64,000 nucleotides of DNA from Methylococcaceae bacterium TMED69 (GCA_002170535.1 NHDW01000004.1:250190-314189); one strand, 5' to 3'; positions 8,558-19,336 are shown, counted from the stretch's first letter. The notes: generated by a model not told the origin, from the letters alone. Numbers and translations: made by a program.

Positions 8558-9401
8558 TATTCCTCCTAGATAAAAAAACTAGCCTCTCAAATAGATGCAT
8601 ATCCTGCTCATTTTTTAAAAGTGCACCGTATAATTTAGGAATTGCTTTCTGTGTATCTTTTTCTCTAAGCGCCTCAGGCGGAATATCTTCGGCAACAAGT
8701 AACTTTATCCAATCAAGTAATTCTGATGTGGTCGGTTTCTTTTTCAATCCAGGAATTTCACGAAGCTCAAAAAAACATTCAAGCGCTTCATTTATTAATT
8801 TTTTCTTTATTTTTGGGAAATGGACGTTAATGATCTCAATCATTGTCTCTTTATCTGGAAATGCAATGTAGTGAAAAAAGCACCTACGTAGAAAAGCATC
8901 AGGAAGCTCTTTTTCATTATTACTTGTTATTATAATAATTGGTTTATTATTTGCTTTTATCAGTTTTTTTGTTTCATAAACGAAAAATTCCATTCTGTCT
9001 AATTCTCTGAGTAAATCATTGGGAAATTCGACATCAGCCTTATCGATTTCATCAATCAGTAAAATGGGCTGTTCTTCTGAAAGGAACGTTTCCCAAAGCT
9101 TCCCTTTAACAATATAATTTGATATGTCATTGACTTTCTCATCACCTAACTGAGAGTCCCTTAATCTAGCCACAGCATCATATTCGTAGAGTCCTTGAGC
9201 CGCTTTTGTGGTAGATTTAATGTGCCACTCAATTAAAGGTTTCCCAAGTGCTCTTGCCATTTCTTCAGCTAGCATAGTCTTCCCAGTGCCGGGTTCGCCT
9301 TTTATGAGAAGTGGTTTCTCTAATGTTACAGCCGCGTTGACGGCAATCATTAAATCTTCGGTGGCTACATATTTTTTACTTCCAGTGAATTTTTCTGACA
9401 T
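8547..9401 (-). CDS. MoxR-family AAA+ ATPase (PA2707-like subfamily)
   Basis: Walker A GEPGTGKT, Walker B LLIDEIDKAD, TSNNEKELPDAFLRRC. Confidence 0.92.
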   Translation of the reverse strand: MSEKFTGSKKYVATEDLMIAVNAAVTLEKPLLIKGEPGTGKTMLAEEMARALGKPLIEWHIKSTTKAAQGLYEYDAVARLRDSQLGDEKVNDISNYIVKGKLWETFLSEEQPILLIDEIDKADVEFPNDLLRELDRMEFFVYETKKLIKANNKPIIIITSNNEKELPDAFLRRCFFHYIAFPDKETMIEIINVHFPKIKKKLINEALECFFELREIPGLKKKPTTSELLDWIKLLVAEDIPPEALREKDTQKAIPKLYGALLKNEQDMHLFERLVFLSRRNSAN

Positions 9402-9671
9402 GTTTTCGCGCCTGAATATTAAATTAATTATTATTTTACTAGTTTAATTTCGCATATTAAACGTTTCTTTTCCCAGAAAGCTCATTAATTTAATATTTTA
9501 TTTTTTTTAGTATGAGCTTAAAAGTCTCGCTTTTTCTTCGGTTTGCACGCCTTGATTAATAATTTGAAAAAATTTATTGATCAACTTTGATAGAATGAGC
9601 GTTCAATTTTGGTTAACATCAAATCTGTAGTAAATTCCTTTTTATTAAAGTTTATTAGTTTGGAGAATGTA

Positions 9672-12551
9672 TTGAGCGGTTTTACTGAAGAAAATAACAC
9701 TGAATTACAGAACCTTGGGATAGTAGTGCGAGAATTCTCACACGCTCCAACCACGGCTAGACACTTTCATTTAGAAGCTGAAGATGATAACAATGCATTT
9801 ATGGTAGGATTCCCAACTATTCCTGACGATTCCACAGGTGTCGCCCACATTTTAGAGCACACAGCTCTTTGTGGCAGTAAGAGATACCCCGTAAGAGATC
9901 CCTTTTTTATGATGCTCAGGAGATCACTTAATACATACATGAATGCTTTCACTGCTCCTGATATGACTGCTTATCCATTTGCCACGAAAAATAAAAAAGA
10001 TTTTTATAATTTATTAGAAGTTTACTTGGACGCGACTTTTTTCCCATTATTAGACGAACTTGATTTCCTGCAAGAAGGTTGGAGATATGAATTAAAAGAT
10101 TCTGGCGCAGTTCCTCAAATACTATATCAAGGGGTAGTATTTAATGAGATGAAAGGAGCAATGAGCTCTCCTAACTCTCAGCTTTGGCAGTATCTCCACT
10201 CTTCTTTGTTTCCAGATACCAACTACCGGTTCAATAGTGGCGGTGATCCTATTGAGATTCCTAATCTTACTTACGCACAACTTAAATCATTTCATCAAAA
10301 ACATTATTCTCCCGCTAATGCGGTTTTCTTGACTTACGGTGATTTGCCATATGAGAAACATCAAGAAAAATTTGAAAATTTAGTTCTTGACGAATTTAAT
10401 TCAGCGAAGGAAGTTGCAAAAATCAAATTTCAAGCTTCTTTCGATGAGCCTTCTCAAATCGATCATTTTTATTACCAGTCTAGCCTCGATGGTTCATCCG
10501 ACTTTGTTCTATGGGCATGGGTATATGGTTCTGTGACGGATCCGATAGACGTTGTAGAAATGAATTTAGTCACAGATATTTTAATAGGACACAGCGGAAG
10601 TCCATTGCAGGCTTATCTTGAATCGATTAAGGAATCAAAATCCCCTTCAGAATTAAACGGCGTTGATGATTCCTCAAGACAATTAATCTTTGCTTGCGGC
10701 CTAGAGGGTGTTTCAGCTAATGAAAAAAAAATTGATACATACGAAAATAGGATCTTCGAGATACTGCGGTCGTTAATAGAAAATCCCCCTAGCCGTGAGA
10801 CTTTGACAGCAACCCTTGACCGCTTGGAGTTAGATCAATCCGACTTAGGGGCTGGAAATTATCCCCTTGGACTCCAGTTGTTTGGGCGAATTTTGCCAAG
10901 TACAATCTATCGAGACGATCCTTTAAATTTATTCCGGTTGGAAAATATCATTGGGAGCCTAAGATCACGTTTAAGTGATGAAATTTTTTTCCCGAATTTG
11001 ATAAAAAAAATCTTTCTCAATAACAAGCACTGGACTAGAATTACGATGCGGGCCAGTATGGATGTGAATCCGGAGCGGTTGATCAAAGAAAAACTACAAT
11101 CAGTTACCTCGAGTTTTTCAAAGCTGGAAAAAGACAAGATTAAATCTGAGTCGAATCTTTTAGAAAAAAGACAGAACACAAAATGTAATGACAATATCCT
11201 TCCAAGACTCACCCTCAAAGATGTTCCTGCGGGAGCGCTTCTAATGGAGCCCTCTGATTTAAGCGAAGAAAACATAAAAGCTTTTGATGTGTTAAGTAAT
11301 AATATTTTTAGAATTAAGTTGGCTTTTCCGATCAGCAATCTAAATGACCAAGAGTTAAAACTATTACCAATTTGGTGTGAATTTATTACTCAGTTGGGTT
11401 CCGAGACAGATGGTTATAGGTTGGTTCAGCAGAAACGAGCGGCTGTTGGCGAGTTTGAAGTAAATTGTCATTTTTCATCAAGGGCAGATGAGGGGAGTAA
11501 TATAAGTGGATTCATAACGGTTAGCGCAAAAGGTCTTAATAGGAAAATTGATGAAATCGTGACGGTTGCAGCAACTCTAATTCAGACGGCACGCTTTGAT
11601 GAAAACGAAAGACTGGTTGACTTGCTCATGCAGGCCAGCAATGAATATGAACACTCTGTGGTGCAAAGAGGTCACTATCTTGCGATGCTTTCAAGTGCTA
11701 GACATCTTAATCAATCAAGTGGTCTTGAAGAGATGTGGTCAGGTTGCAGCTTTATTAATGACCTAAAAAAAATTGTTTACGATGATCAGAAAAAAATGGA
11801 GTGTGACGCCGTATTTGAAATTTTTAGGTCTATCAAAAATAAAGTTCTGCAATCAGAACCACTAATCATGTCGGCAACTGATAGGCAAAATTTAAGAAAT
11901 TCGGTTACTACTATCAAGTCTTTCTACCGGTCTTTACCCTCTATTTCTAGCGAAATTTTGATTAATGAGAAAAGCTTTGAAGAGCCCATGAGCTGGGTTA
12001 TTGAGTCAAACGTGAACTTTTGTGCTGCCAGTTATAAAGCAGTTCTGGAAAGTGACCCTGATGCTGCTGTTTACTCTGTTTTAGGTAAATATCTCCAAGA
12101 TGAGTATTTGCACTCAAAAATAAGAGAGAAGGGAGGAGCTTATGGCTCAGGTGCAAGCTATTCTCCTTCTGGAGAATCATTTAAGTTTTTTTCTTATAGA
12201 GATCCAAGGCTGTCTGGAACAATACAAGATTTTCGGGAATCTATTAAACATTTTTTAGGTTCAAAATGTAATTCTAAGCGTTTGGAAGAATCTATTCTAG
12301 GTGTTATAAGAAACTTGGATGGTTCGAGAAGACCAGTTGCAGAAGCTTCGAGGTCGTTTAACTGTATACTCAACTGTAAAACCGATGATAGCTTAAAAGA
12401 ATTTAGAGAAAATGTCTTACATACCGACTTCAATAGGTTAAAAAGGGTTGCAGAAAATTTAGTCGGTCAAAAACCGAATATTTCGATTATTTCCAATAAG
12501 GCACATATTGAAGAGTTGAGAAAAAACAAGTTTTCTTTTGATAAAATCTAG
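9672..12551 (+). CDS. M16C insulinase-family zinc metallopeptidase (presequence protease PreP-like)
   Basis: Inverted zincin HILEH, NAFT, GVVFNEMKGA, IREKGGAYG, SYRDP. Start moved from 9609 to in-frame TTG 9672 because of a GGAG SD at 9662-9665. Confidence 0.9.
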   Translation: MSGFTEENNTELQNLGIVVREFSHAPTTARHFHLEAEDDNNAFMVGFPTIPDDSTGVAHILEHTALCGSKRYPVRDPFFMMLRRSLNTYMNAFTAPDMTAYPFATKNKKDFYNLLEVYLDATFFPLLDELDFLQEGWRYELKDSGAVPQILYQGVVFNEMKGAMSSPNSQLWQYLHSSLFPDTNYRFNSGGDPIEIPNLTYAQLKSFHQKHYSPANAVFLTYGDLPYEKHQEKFENLVLDEFNSAKEVAKIKFQASFDEPSQIDHFYYQSSLDGSSDFVLWAWVYGSVTDPIDVVEMNLVTDILIGHSGSPLQAYLESIKESKSPSELNGVDDSSRQLIFACGLEGVSANEKKIDTYENRIFEILRSLIENPPSRETLTATLDRLELDQSDLGAGNYPLGLQLFGRILPSTIYRDDPLNLFRLENIIGSLRSRLSDEIFFPNLIKKIFLNNKHWTRITMRASMDVNPERLIKEKLQSVTSSFSKLEKDKIKSESNLLEKRQNTKCNDNILPRLTLKDVPAGALLMEPSDLSEENIKAFDVLSNNIFRIKLAFPISNLNDQELKLLPIWCEFITQLGSETDGYRLVQQKRAAVGEFEVNCHFSSRADEGSNISGFITVSAKGLNRKIDEIVTVAATLIQTARFDENERLVDLLMQASNEYEHSVVQRGHYLAMLSSARHLNQSSGLEEMWSGCSFINDLKKIVYDDQKKMECDAVFEIFRSIKNKVLQSEPLIMSATDRQNLRNSVTTIKSFYRSLPSISSEILINEKSFEEPMSWVIESNVNFCAASYKAVLESDPDAAVYSVLGKYLQDEYLHSKIREKGGAYGSGASYSPSGESFKFFSYRDPRLSGTIQDFRESIKHFLGSKCNSKRLEESILGVIRNLDGSRRPVAEASRSFNCILNCKTDDSLKEFRENVLHTDFNRLKRVAENLVGQKPNISIISNKAHIEELRKNKFSFDKI

Positions 12552-12590
12552 CCCTTCGCAACTGGAGCTGTCCTGAAGATATTTTAGCCT

Positions 12591-13628
12591 ATGGACAAAA
12601 TTTTAAAGCAGTGCCAATCAGTTTTAAACGATCAATACAATATTGGTGACTGTATAATAGCGTCTTTAGATGGAGGTTTAGTAAACAAGTCTTTCTTAGT
12701 TAAAGTCTCCGGAAAACCTAGATTTGTTTTGCAAAAGATAAGCGATCAATTTGAAAGTACGGTAACTGACAAGATAAATATAGTTTCTAAACACCTAATT
12801 TCAAAGGGAGTCGATGCGCCACAAATAATCCCAACCACCAATAGAGAGTTGGTTTTTAAGGGATCCTCAGGAAATTGGCGTCTGTTAGAATTTATTAACG
12901 GGTTCTCAAAAAAAACCGTAAACTCAGTTGAGGAGTCCGTTCAGCTCGCAAGATGTTTAGGGCAGTTTCATCTATATATTCAAGACTGTAAAGGTATAGA
13001 AAAGAAACTTAGAAGAGAGCGTGGAGCTGAAACTCAATTAAAAAAACTGCAAGCTGCTTTCAACAAATTTCCCGATCACGATAGCATAAAAGCGGTAAGG
13101 ATGTGCGCGAGTGCGGTCCAGAAAAATCAAAAATACCTACCTTCTTTGCAGCTTTTTCCTGAGCGTATTCTCCACGGAGATCCTAAGGTCTCAAATTTTT
13201 TATTCGCAGAGCGTGGTTCAGTTGTCAAATGCATGGTCGATTTTGATACCGTGGGTTGGGCGGAATTATCGTGGGAATTGGCGGATGCATTTCGATCATG
13301 GTGCAACCCTTCGTCAGAGGATCAACTAGCAGGAACCTTTGATCTGCAGATATTTGAGGCCTCTATATGTTCATATGCGGAAACAGTCGAGACATCTTTT
13401 CCCGTTGAAGAAATCATTCACTCTCTTTCTGCAACCGCTCATATCTTTCTAGAATTAGCTTTGAGATTTTTGGTGGATGCTATAGAGGAGGAATATTTTG
13501 GTTGGGATTCAAATAATTTTAATAGCGCATCATCTCACAACTTGGTCAGGGCTAAAGGACAGATTTCTGCGTGTGAGTCTTTATTGGCTAACTGGTCAGA
13601 AGCAAATCAAGTACTGTCAAATCTCTAA
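12591..13628 (+). CDS. APH/choline-kinase superfamily phosphotransferase (N-acetylhexosamine 1-kinase/MdsC-like), substrate unknown
   Basis: GLVNKSF, VLQKI, Brenner motif HGDPKVSNFLF and DFDT. Confidence 0.8.
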   Translation: MDKILKQCQSVLNDQYNIGDCIIASLDGGLVNKSFLVKVSGKPRFVLQKISDQFESTVTDKINIVSKHLISKGVDAPQIIPTTNRELVFKGSSGNWRLLEFINGFSKKTVNSVEESVQLARCLGQFHLYIQDCKGIEKKLRRERGAETQLKKLQAAFNKFPDHDSIKAVRMCASAVQKNQKYLPSLQLFPERILHGDPKVSNFLFAERGSVVKCMVDFDTVGWAELSWELADAFRSWCNPSSEDQLAGTFDLQIFEASICSYAETVETSFPVEEIIHSLSATAHIFLELALRFLVDAIEEEYFGWDSNNFNSASSHNLVRAKGQISACESLLANWSEANQVLSNL

Positions 13629-13760
13629 TAACTTAAATTTCAACCACGGATAACGTGAAAAGCATTTATTTAATTTTTAAGCTTTAGGGCATAACCTGTA
13701 TTTTTTTTACAGGGTTTAAAAAAACAGTTATTGTGTAGAGAAAAGTTGGAGTAGGTTGTT

Positions 13761-14813
13761 ATGAGTTTAAATTTTGGCTTGTTTTTTCCATTCAGAAATC
13801 CACCAGAATGGGGTATGCCTTGGGGTGAATTTTATGAATCGCAAATGCGTCTTGCAGAAATTGCGGAAGATTTAGGGTATGACGAAATTTGGCTATCAGA
13901 GCATCATTTTTGCGATGATGGCTGGTCTCCCTCGCTTTTTCCTATAGCGGGAGCCTTAGGTCAAAGAACTAAAACAATTAGGATCGGTACTTTTGTTCTA
14001 CTTTTGCCCCTTGGAAAACATCCAATTCAAGTCGTGGAAGATGCAACAACAGTGGATATTCTGTGCAACGGCAGATTTGATCTTGGGGTCGGCTTAGGAT
14101 ATCGGGTTCCCGAATATAAAGGGTTTGGTATATCTCGAGACGACAGGGCAAAACGAATGGATGAGGCACTGGAAATAATTCATGGGGCTTGGAATAATAA
14201 TAACTATTCATTCCATGGAGAACATTTCACGGTCGAAAATGTTAACCTCTCTCCTAAGCCTGTTCAACAGCCTCATCCGCCAATGTGGACTGCAGCAATG
14301 AGTAAAGTTGCAGCTAACAGGGCAGCTAGATTCAATTGTCACGTTGCAGGTACTGGCGGAGAAAATCTCCAGCAATATTTTGATGATGCATTGGCTGAGC
14401 AGGGAAAAAAATCGGAGGATTTCAATGTCGGCCAACTTCGATTATTTTACGTCGCCCCAACACGTGATCAAGCTTGGGATGAGGCGCAATATCATGCACA
14501 TTACATGATGGAGGCTTATGATAAATGGCTGAAAGAAGCGGCAGATGTCCAATGGTTTCAAGAGACAATGTCTGTTTCATCAATGCCATCCCCCGAAGAG
14601 TTAAGACATAACAAAGACCTAACTTTCTTTGAGGCCCCTTTAGTAATTGGAACTCCTGAGGATGCTATTGCGGAAATCGAGAGATATCAAAAATCGAGTA
14701 GGGTAACGCATCTAGTGATGTGGATGCAGTTAGCGGGTATGGAACCAAAAAAAGCTGAAGCTTGCATGCGTCTTTTTGCCAAAGAGGTGATTCCTCACTT
14801 CAGCAAAAATTAA
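13761..14813 (+). CDS. LLM-class (luciferase-like) flavin-dependent oxidoreductase
   Basis: WLSEHHF, RIGTFVLLLP, GRFDLGVGLGY, PKPVQQPHPP; SD GGAG upstream. Confidence 0.92.
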   Translation: MSLNFGLFFPFRNPPEWGMPWGEFYESQMRLAEIAEDLGYDEIWLSEHHFCDDGWSPSLFPIAGALGQRTKTIRIGTFVLLLPLGKHPIQVVEDATTVDILCNGRFDLGVGLGYRVPEYKGFGISRDDRAKRMDEALEIIHGAWNNNNYSFHGEHFTVENVNLSPKPVQQPHPPMWTAAMSKVAANRAARFNCHVAGTGGENLQQYFDDALAEQGKKSEDFNVGQLRLFYVAPTRDQAWDEAQYHAHYMMEAYDKWLKEAADVQWFQETMSVSSMPSPEELRHNKDLTFFEAPLVIGTPEDAIAEIERYQKSSRVTHLVMWMQLAGMEPKKAEACMRLFAKEVIPHFSKN

Positions 14814-14882
14814 TATAGATGGGAGGGTGGCTTTGGAAAATTTAAAAAAAAATCACTTATCTTTATTTCTTTCGCTTTATGA

Positions 14883-15956
14883 TTATAGTTTACTAATTAC
14901 TTCGTTACTGAATTCTCTAATTAATTCTCTGCCGTCTGTTCCACAGACATTTAGGGCTATATTTGTTACACCTGCATCTTCAAGTTGTCTTATTCTGTCC
15001 CGCACCTCTCCTGGCTCTCCAGTAAGGGTTGCCGCTTTTATTAAATCAGGAGTAAGGTATTTCTCTTCGCCTTTTTGTAAAAAGGTTAGATGTCCCATGT
15101 GCATTTCTTGGAAGCGTTTTTCAAGAGGTGTTTTCATTTTCATTATATGGTTTTTAAAATATTCTTCTGCCTGTTTTTTGAATCGAGCGGGCGCGAAAGG
15201 ACCTGCTCCCATATTTTCAGGACTCCATGCTGTGTGTAATAAAAGGATTGCAAAGGGTCCGATTTGTTTTATTACTCGAGGCGACATCATATTTTCACCC
15301 GGTCTCAATATGCAGCCTGATGTGAGGTTAGTTGTATAGATTTTTGATAATTCTCGCCCTGCACTTTTTGCGGCTTGTTGAATTATTTTTACTCCGGATG
15401 ATATATGCTCAGGATCAAGTCCAATTGTGACCCAGCCATCACCCATTTGGCCCGTAAATTCGAGTGCTTTCGGCCCATTAGATGCCATATGAATTGGAAT
15501 TTCATCAGACACGTTAATGTAACCGCTTTCCGGATTTAAAAATTTAATCGAGCGTTCAATCTTCCCTTCTCTATAAGTCGCTTCTTTTCCAACCAATAGA
15601 TCACGAATTACCTTGATGTGTTCTTTCATTGTCTTAAGTGTAATAGGTGGCATTCCCATAACGTTTCTTCCCGTAAATCCGGTCCCAACTCCCAGAATTG
15701 TACGACCAGGAGCCAATTCATTTATTGTTGCGATAGAGTGGGCAGTTACTGGTGCAATTCTGTTTCCTAAAATTGCAACTAGTGGGCCGATTTTAATATG
15801 ACGAGTATGAAGAGCCGCCAGTGCCATAGAGGCATAAACATCGCTGTAGCACATTTGAGAGTCATAAAACCATGCATGGGTAAATCCACAATCTTCTGCC
15901 ATTTTAGCATCGTGATAAGCTCTAATATAAGATGGAAAAGTGATTCCAAAATCCAT
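14883..15956 (-). CDS. LLM-class flavin-dependent oxidoreductase (Mer/F420-type clade by resemblance)
   Basis: AWFYDSQ, ATINELAPGRTILGVGTG, IPIHMASNGPKAL..G..GDG; SD AAGGGGAG upstream. Confidence 0.88.
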   Translation of the reverse strand: MDFGITFPSYIRAYHDAKMAEDCGFTHAWFYDSQMCYSDVYASMALAALHTRHIKIGPLVAILGNRIAPVTAHSIATINELAPGRTILGVGTGFTGRNVMGMPPITLKTMKEHIKVIRDLLVGKEATYREGKIERSIKFLNPESGYINVSDEIPIHMASNGPKALEFTGQMGDGWVTIGLDPEHISSGVKIIQQAAKSAGRELSKIYTTNLTSGCILRPGENMMSPRVIKQIGPFAILLLHTAWSPENMGAGPFAPARFKKQAEEYFKNHIMKMKTPLEKRFQEMHMGHLTFLQKGEEKYLTPDLIKAATLTGEPGEVRDRIRQLEDAGVTNIALNVCGTDGRELIREFSNEVISKL

Positions 15957-15984
15957 TTTAATCTCCCCTTTCTATAATTTTAGT

Positions 15985-17004
15985 TTAAGACTTAATCTTC
16001 TGTAAAGTGTTAATACCTACTGCCTCTCGAATTTCTTTAATAAACGGTAGAGATATCTCTCTTGCTTTGCTCGCCCCCTCGATCAAGTACGATTCAATTT
16101 TTTCAGGATCTGACATCAACTCATTATATCTATCTCTGGGTTCTGCCAGTTCATTATTTATCAGAACGAAGAGTTCTTTTTTAGCTTCTCCCCAAGATAT
16201 GCCATTTTGGAATTTATCACGCATTTCGTCGATTTTTGGTTGATGAGCAAAAGCCTTCCAAAATTGAAAAACGAGTGAATCGTCTGGATCTTTTGGTTGT
16301 CCGGGTTCGAGAAGATTAGTTTTGATTTTATTTATATTTTTTTTAAGTTGTTTTTCGGATGCAAATATTGGGATTATATTGTTATAACTCTTACTCATTT
16401 TCCGTCCATCCAATCCAACTAAGGTGTCTACATTTTGATTGATTTTTACCTCAGGAAGTTGGAAAACTTGACCATAGAGGTGATTGAAGCGTTGGGCAAT
16501 ATCTCGAGCCATTTCTACATGTTGGATTTGATCTCTCCCAACAGGTACAGTATTGGCCTTAAATAGAAGTATGTCTGCTGCCATTAATACAGGGTAGCTG
16601 AACAATCCCATCGTTACACCAAAGTCGGCATCTTCATTTCCCTCAATATTAGTTTGTACAGTACTCTTATATGCGTGAGACCTATTCATTAGGCCTTTGG
16701 AGGTAACACAATTTAATATCCATGTTAATTCTGCTATTTCTGGGATGTCAGATTGCCTATAAAAAATGGCATTATCCGTGTTTAGTCCCAAGGCTAACCA
16801 ACTAGCGGCTATCTCTGTTGTTGATTTATAAATAAGATTTTTATCTTTATTTTTAATAAGTGCATGATAGTCGGCGAGGAAAAAAAATGATTTTTGATTA
16901 GCAGAGTGACTACTTATGACCGCAGGTCGAATAGCACCAACATAGTTCCCTAGATGAGGAGTGCCCGTTGTAGTTATGCCTGTAAGTGTTATTTTTTTTT
17001 CCAT
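15985..17004 (-). CDS. trpS: Tryptophan-tRNA ligase
   Basis: Class I HLGN and KMSKS motifs, YPVLMAADIL, VPVGRDQIQH. Confidence 0.97.
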   Translation of the reverse strand: MEKKITLTGITTTGTPHLGNYVGAIRPAVISSHSANQKSFFFLADYHALIKNKDKNLIYKSTTEIAASWLALGLNTDNAIFYRQSDIPEIAELTWILNCVTSKGLMNRSHAYKSTVQTNIEGNEDADFGVTMGLFSYPVLMAADILLFKANTVPVGRDQIQHVEMARDIAQRFNHLYGQVFQLPEVKINQNVDTLVGLDGRKMSKSYNNIIPIFASEKQLKKNINKIKTNLLEPGQPKDPDDSLVFQFWKAFAHQPKIDEMRDKFQNGISWGEAKKELFVLINNELAEPRDRYNELMSDPEKIESYLIEGASKAREISLPFIKEIREAVGINTLQKIKS

Positions 17005-17057
17005 TGAATTTTATGTAAATTTAATTTTCATTTAATAGCTTTTAGCCCTTTGATTTG

Positions 17058-17141
17058 TGCCGGGAGAGGGACTCGAACCCACACATAGTTACCTATACCA
17101 GATTTTGAATCTGGCGCGTCTACCAATTTCGCCATCCCGGC
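17058..17141 (-). tRNA. tRNA-Leu (anticodon CAA), CCA end not encoded
   Basis: Reverse complement GCCGGGATGGCGAAATTGGTAGACGCGCCAGATTCAAAATCTGGTATAGGTAACTATGTGTGGGTTCGAGTCCCTCTCCCGGCA: 7-bp acceptor stem, CCAGA/TCTGG anticodon stem with loop TTCAAAA, long variable arm, GTTCGA T-loop. Confidence 0.96.
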
Positions 17142-17197
17142 ATATTTATTTTTATTATATACTAATAATTTCGTCTTACTATCAAAAGTATTTATCT

Positions 17198-18235
17198 ATG
17201 GATTTAACAAAATTTGATTTTGAATTGCCAACAGAACAAATTGCGCAGTTTCCAAAAACTGACCGAGCTTCGTCCAAACTTCTGGTAATTTCTAAAAATG
17301 AACCTTTCTATGTGTCAAAATTTCTTCGGATTATGAAGTATTTGAGACCCAACGATGTAGTTATTCTAAATGATACCAAAGTAATACCAGCTCGCCTCAT
17401 GACCAAAAAGAAATCAGGTGGTAGAGTGGAGATATTCTTAGAAAGAATTATTAATCCAACAAGAGCCCGTGTGCGGTTAGGTGGAAACATCAAAAATTTA
17501 ATCGGGAAAAGTCTGATAGTAGATGAAGAAGAAAAAGTAGAAGTAGTTTCGGAAGAAGGGGGTTTCTATCTTATTGAAGCATTATCGGGTTCTATATTAG
17601 AAATTCTTTTACAATTCGGGCAGGTACCCTTGCCTCCATATATTAAAAGGAAACCAAAAAAAAGAGATGAGGAATTTTATCAAACGATCTATGGAACTAA
17701 GTTGGGAGCTGTGGCGGCTCCAACAGCAGGCTTACACATCACAGAAAGGTTTTTTGAGGAATGTAAAAAAAATCGGGTTAAAATTGGGTTTCTGACACTA
17801 CACGTAGCGTCCGGTACTTATCAACCAATAAAAACGAATAATATTGAAGATCATCACATGCATTCTGAATATTTCGACATTTCAGAAAAGACCTGTAAGC
17901 TTGTTAGAGATGCTCGCCAAACGGGTGGTCGAGTAGTAGCAATAGGAACTACGGTATTGAGAGCTCTTGAATCATTGTATTTATATAATCCTAAGCTATT
18001 ACCTTTCAAGGGAGAAACAGATATTTATATAAAACCGGGGTTTGATTTTTGTGTAGTCGATACACTAGTAACAAATTTCCATTTGCCAAAATCCTCTCTT
18101 TTTGTCCTTGCATGTGCTTTTGGAGGTATTGAGCGAATGAAGCAAGCGTATGCTTTTGCCCTGAATCAAGACTTTAAATTTTTTAGTTACGGTGACGCAA
18201 TGTACATAGAAAGAAAACGCGGCGAACGAGTTTAA
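17198..18235 (+). CDS. queA: S-adenosylmethionine:tRNA ribosyltransferase-isomerase
   Basis: FDFELP..IAQ, NDTKVIPARL, PLPPYI, AAPTAGLH, TNFHLPKS, SYGDAM. True start is ATG 17198; the track start 17057 reads through the antisense tRNA. Confidence 0.96.
   Translation: MDLTKFDFELPTEQIAQFPKTDRASSKLLVISKNEPFYVSKFLRIMKYLRPNDVVILNDTKVIPARLMTKKKSGGRVEIFLERIINPTRARVRLGGNIKNLIGKSLIVDEEEKVEVVSEEGGFYLIEALSGSILEILLQFGQVPLPPYIKRKPKKRDEEFYQTIYGTKLGAVAAPTAGLHITERFFEECKKNRVKIGFLTLHVASGTYQPIKTNNIEDHHMHSEYFDISEKTCKLVRDARQTGGRVVAIGTTVLRALESLYLYNPKLLPFKGETDIYIKPGFDFCVVDTLVTNFHLPKSSLFVLACAFGGIERMKQAYAFALNQDFKFFSYGDAMYIERKRGERV

Positions 18236-19336
<1,101 letters not shown>

Noticed and set aside
14827-15339. 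170-aa plus-strand ORF
   Set aside because: Lies antisense within the second LLM; shadow ORF composition
9402-17141. Genomic island integrated at tRNA-Leu
   Set aside because: No integrase or transposase, no duplicated tRNA 3' end seen, and housekeeping trpS directly follows the tRNA
17057-17197. 47-aa N-terminal extension of QueA in the ORF track
   Set aside because: It is the antisense read-through of tRNA-Leu; QueA homology starts at ATG 17198
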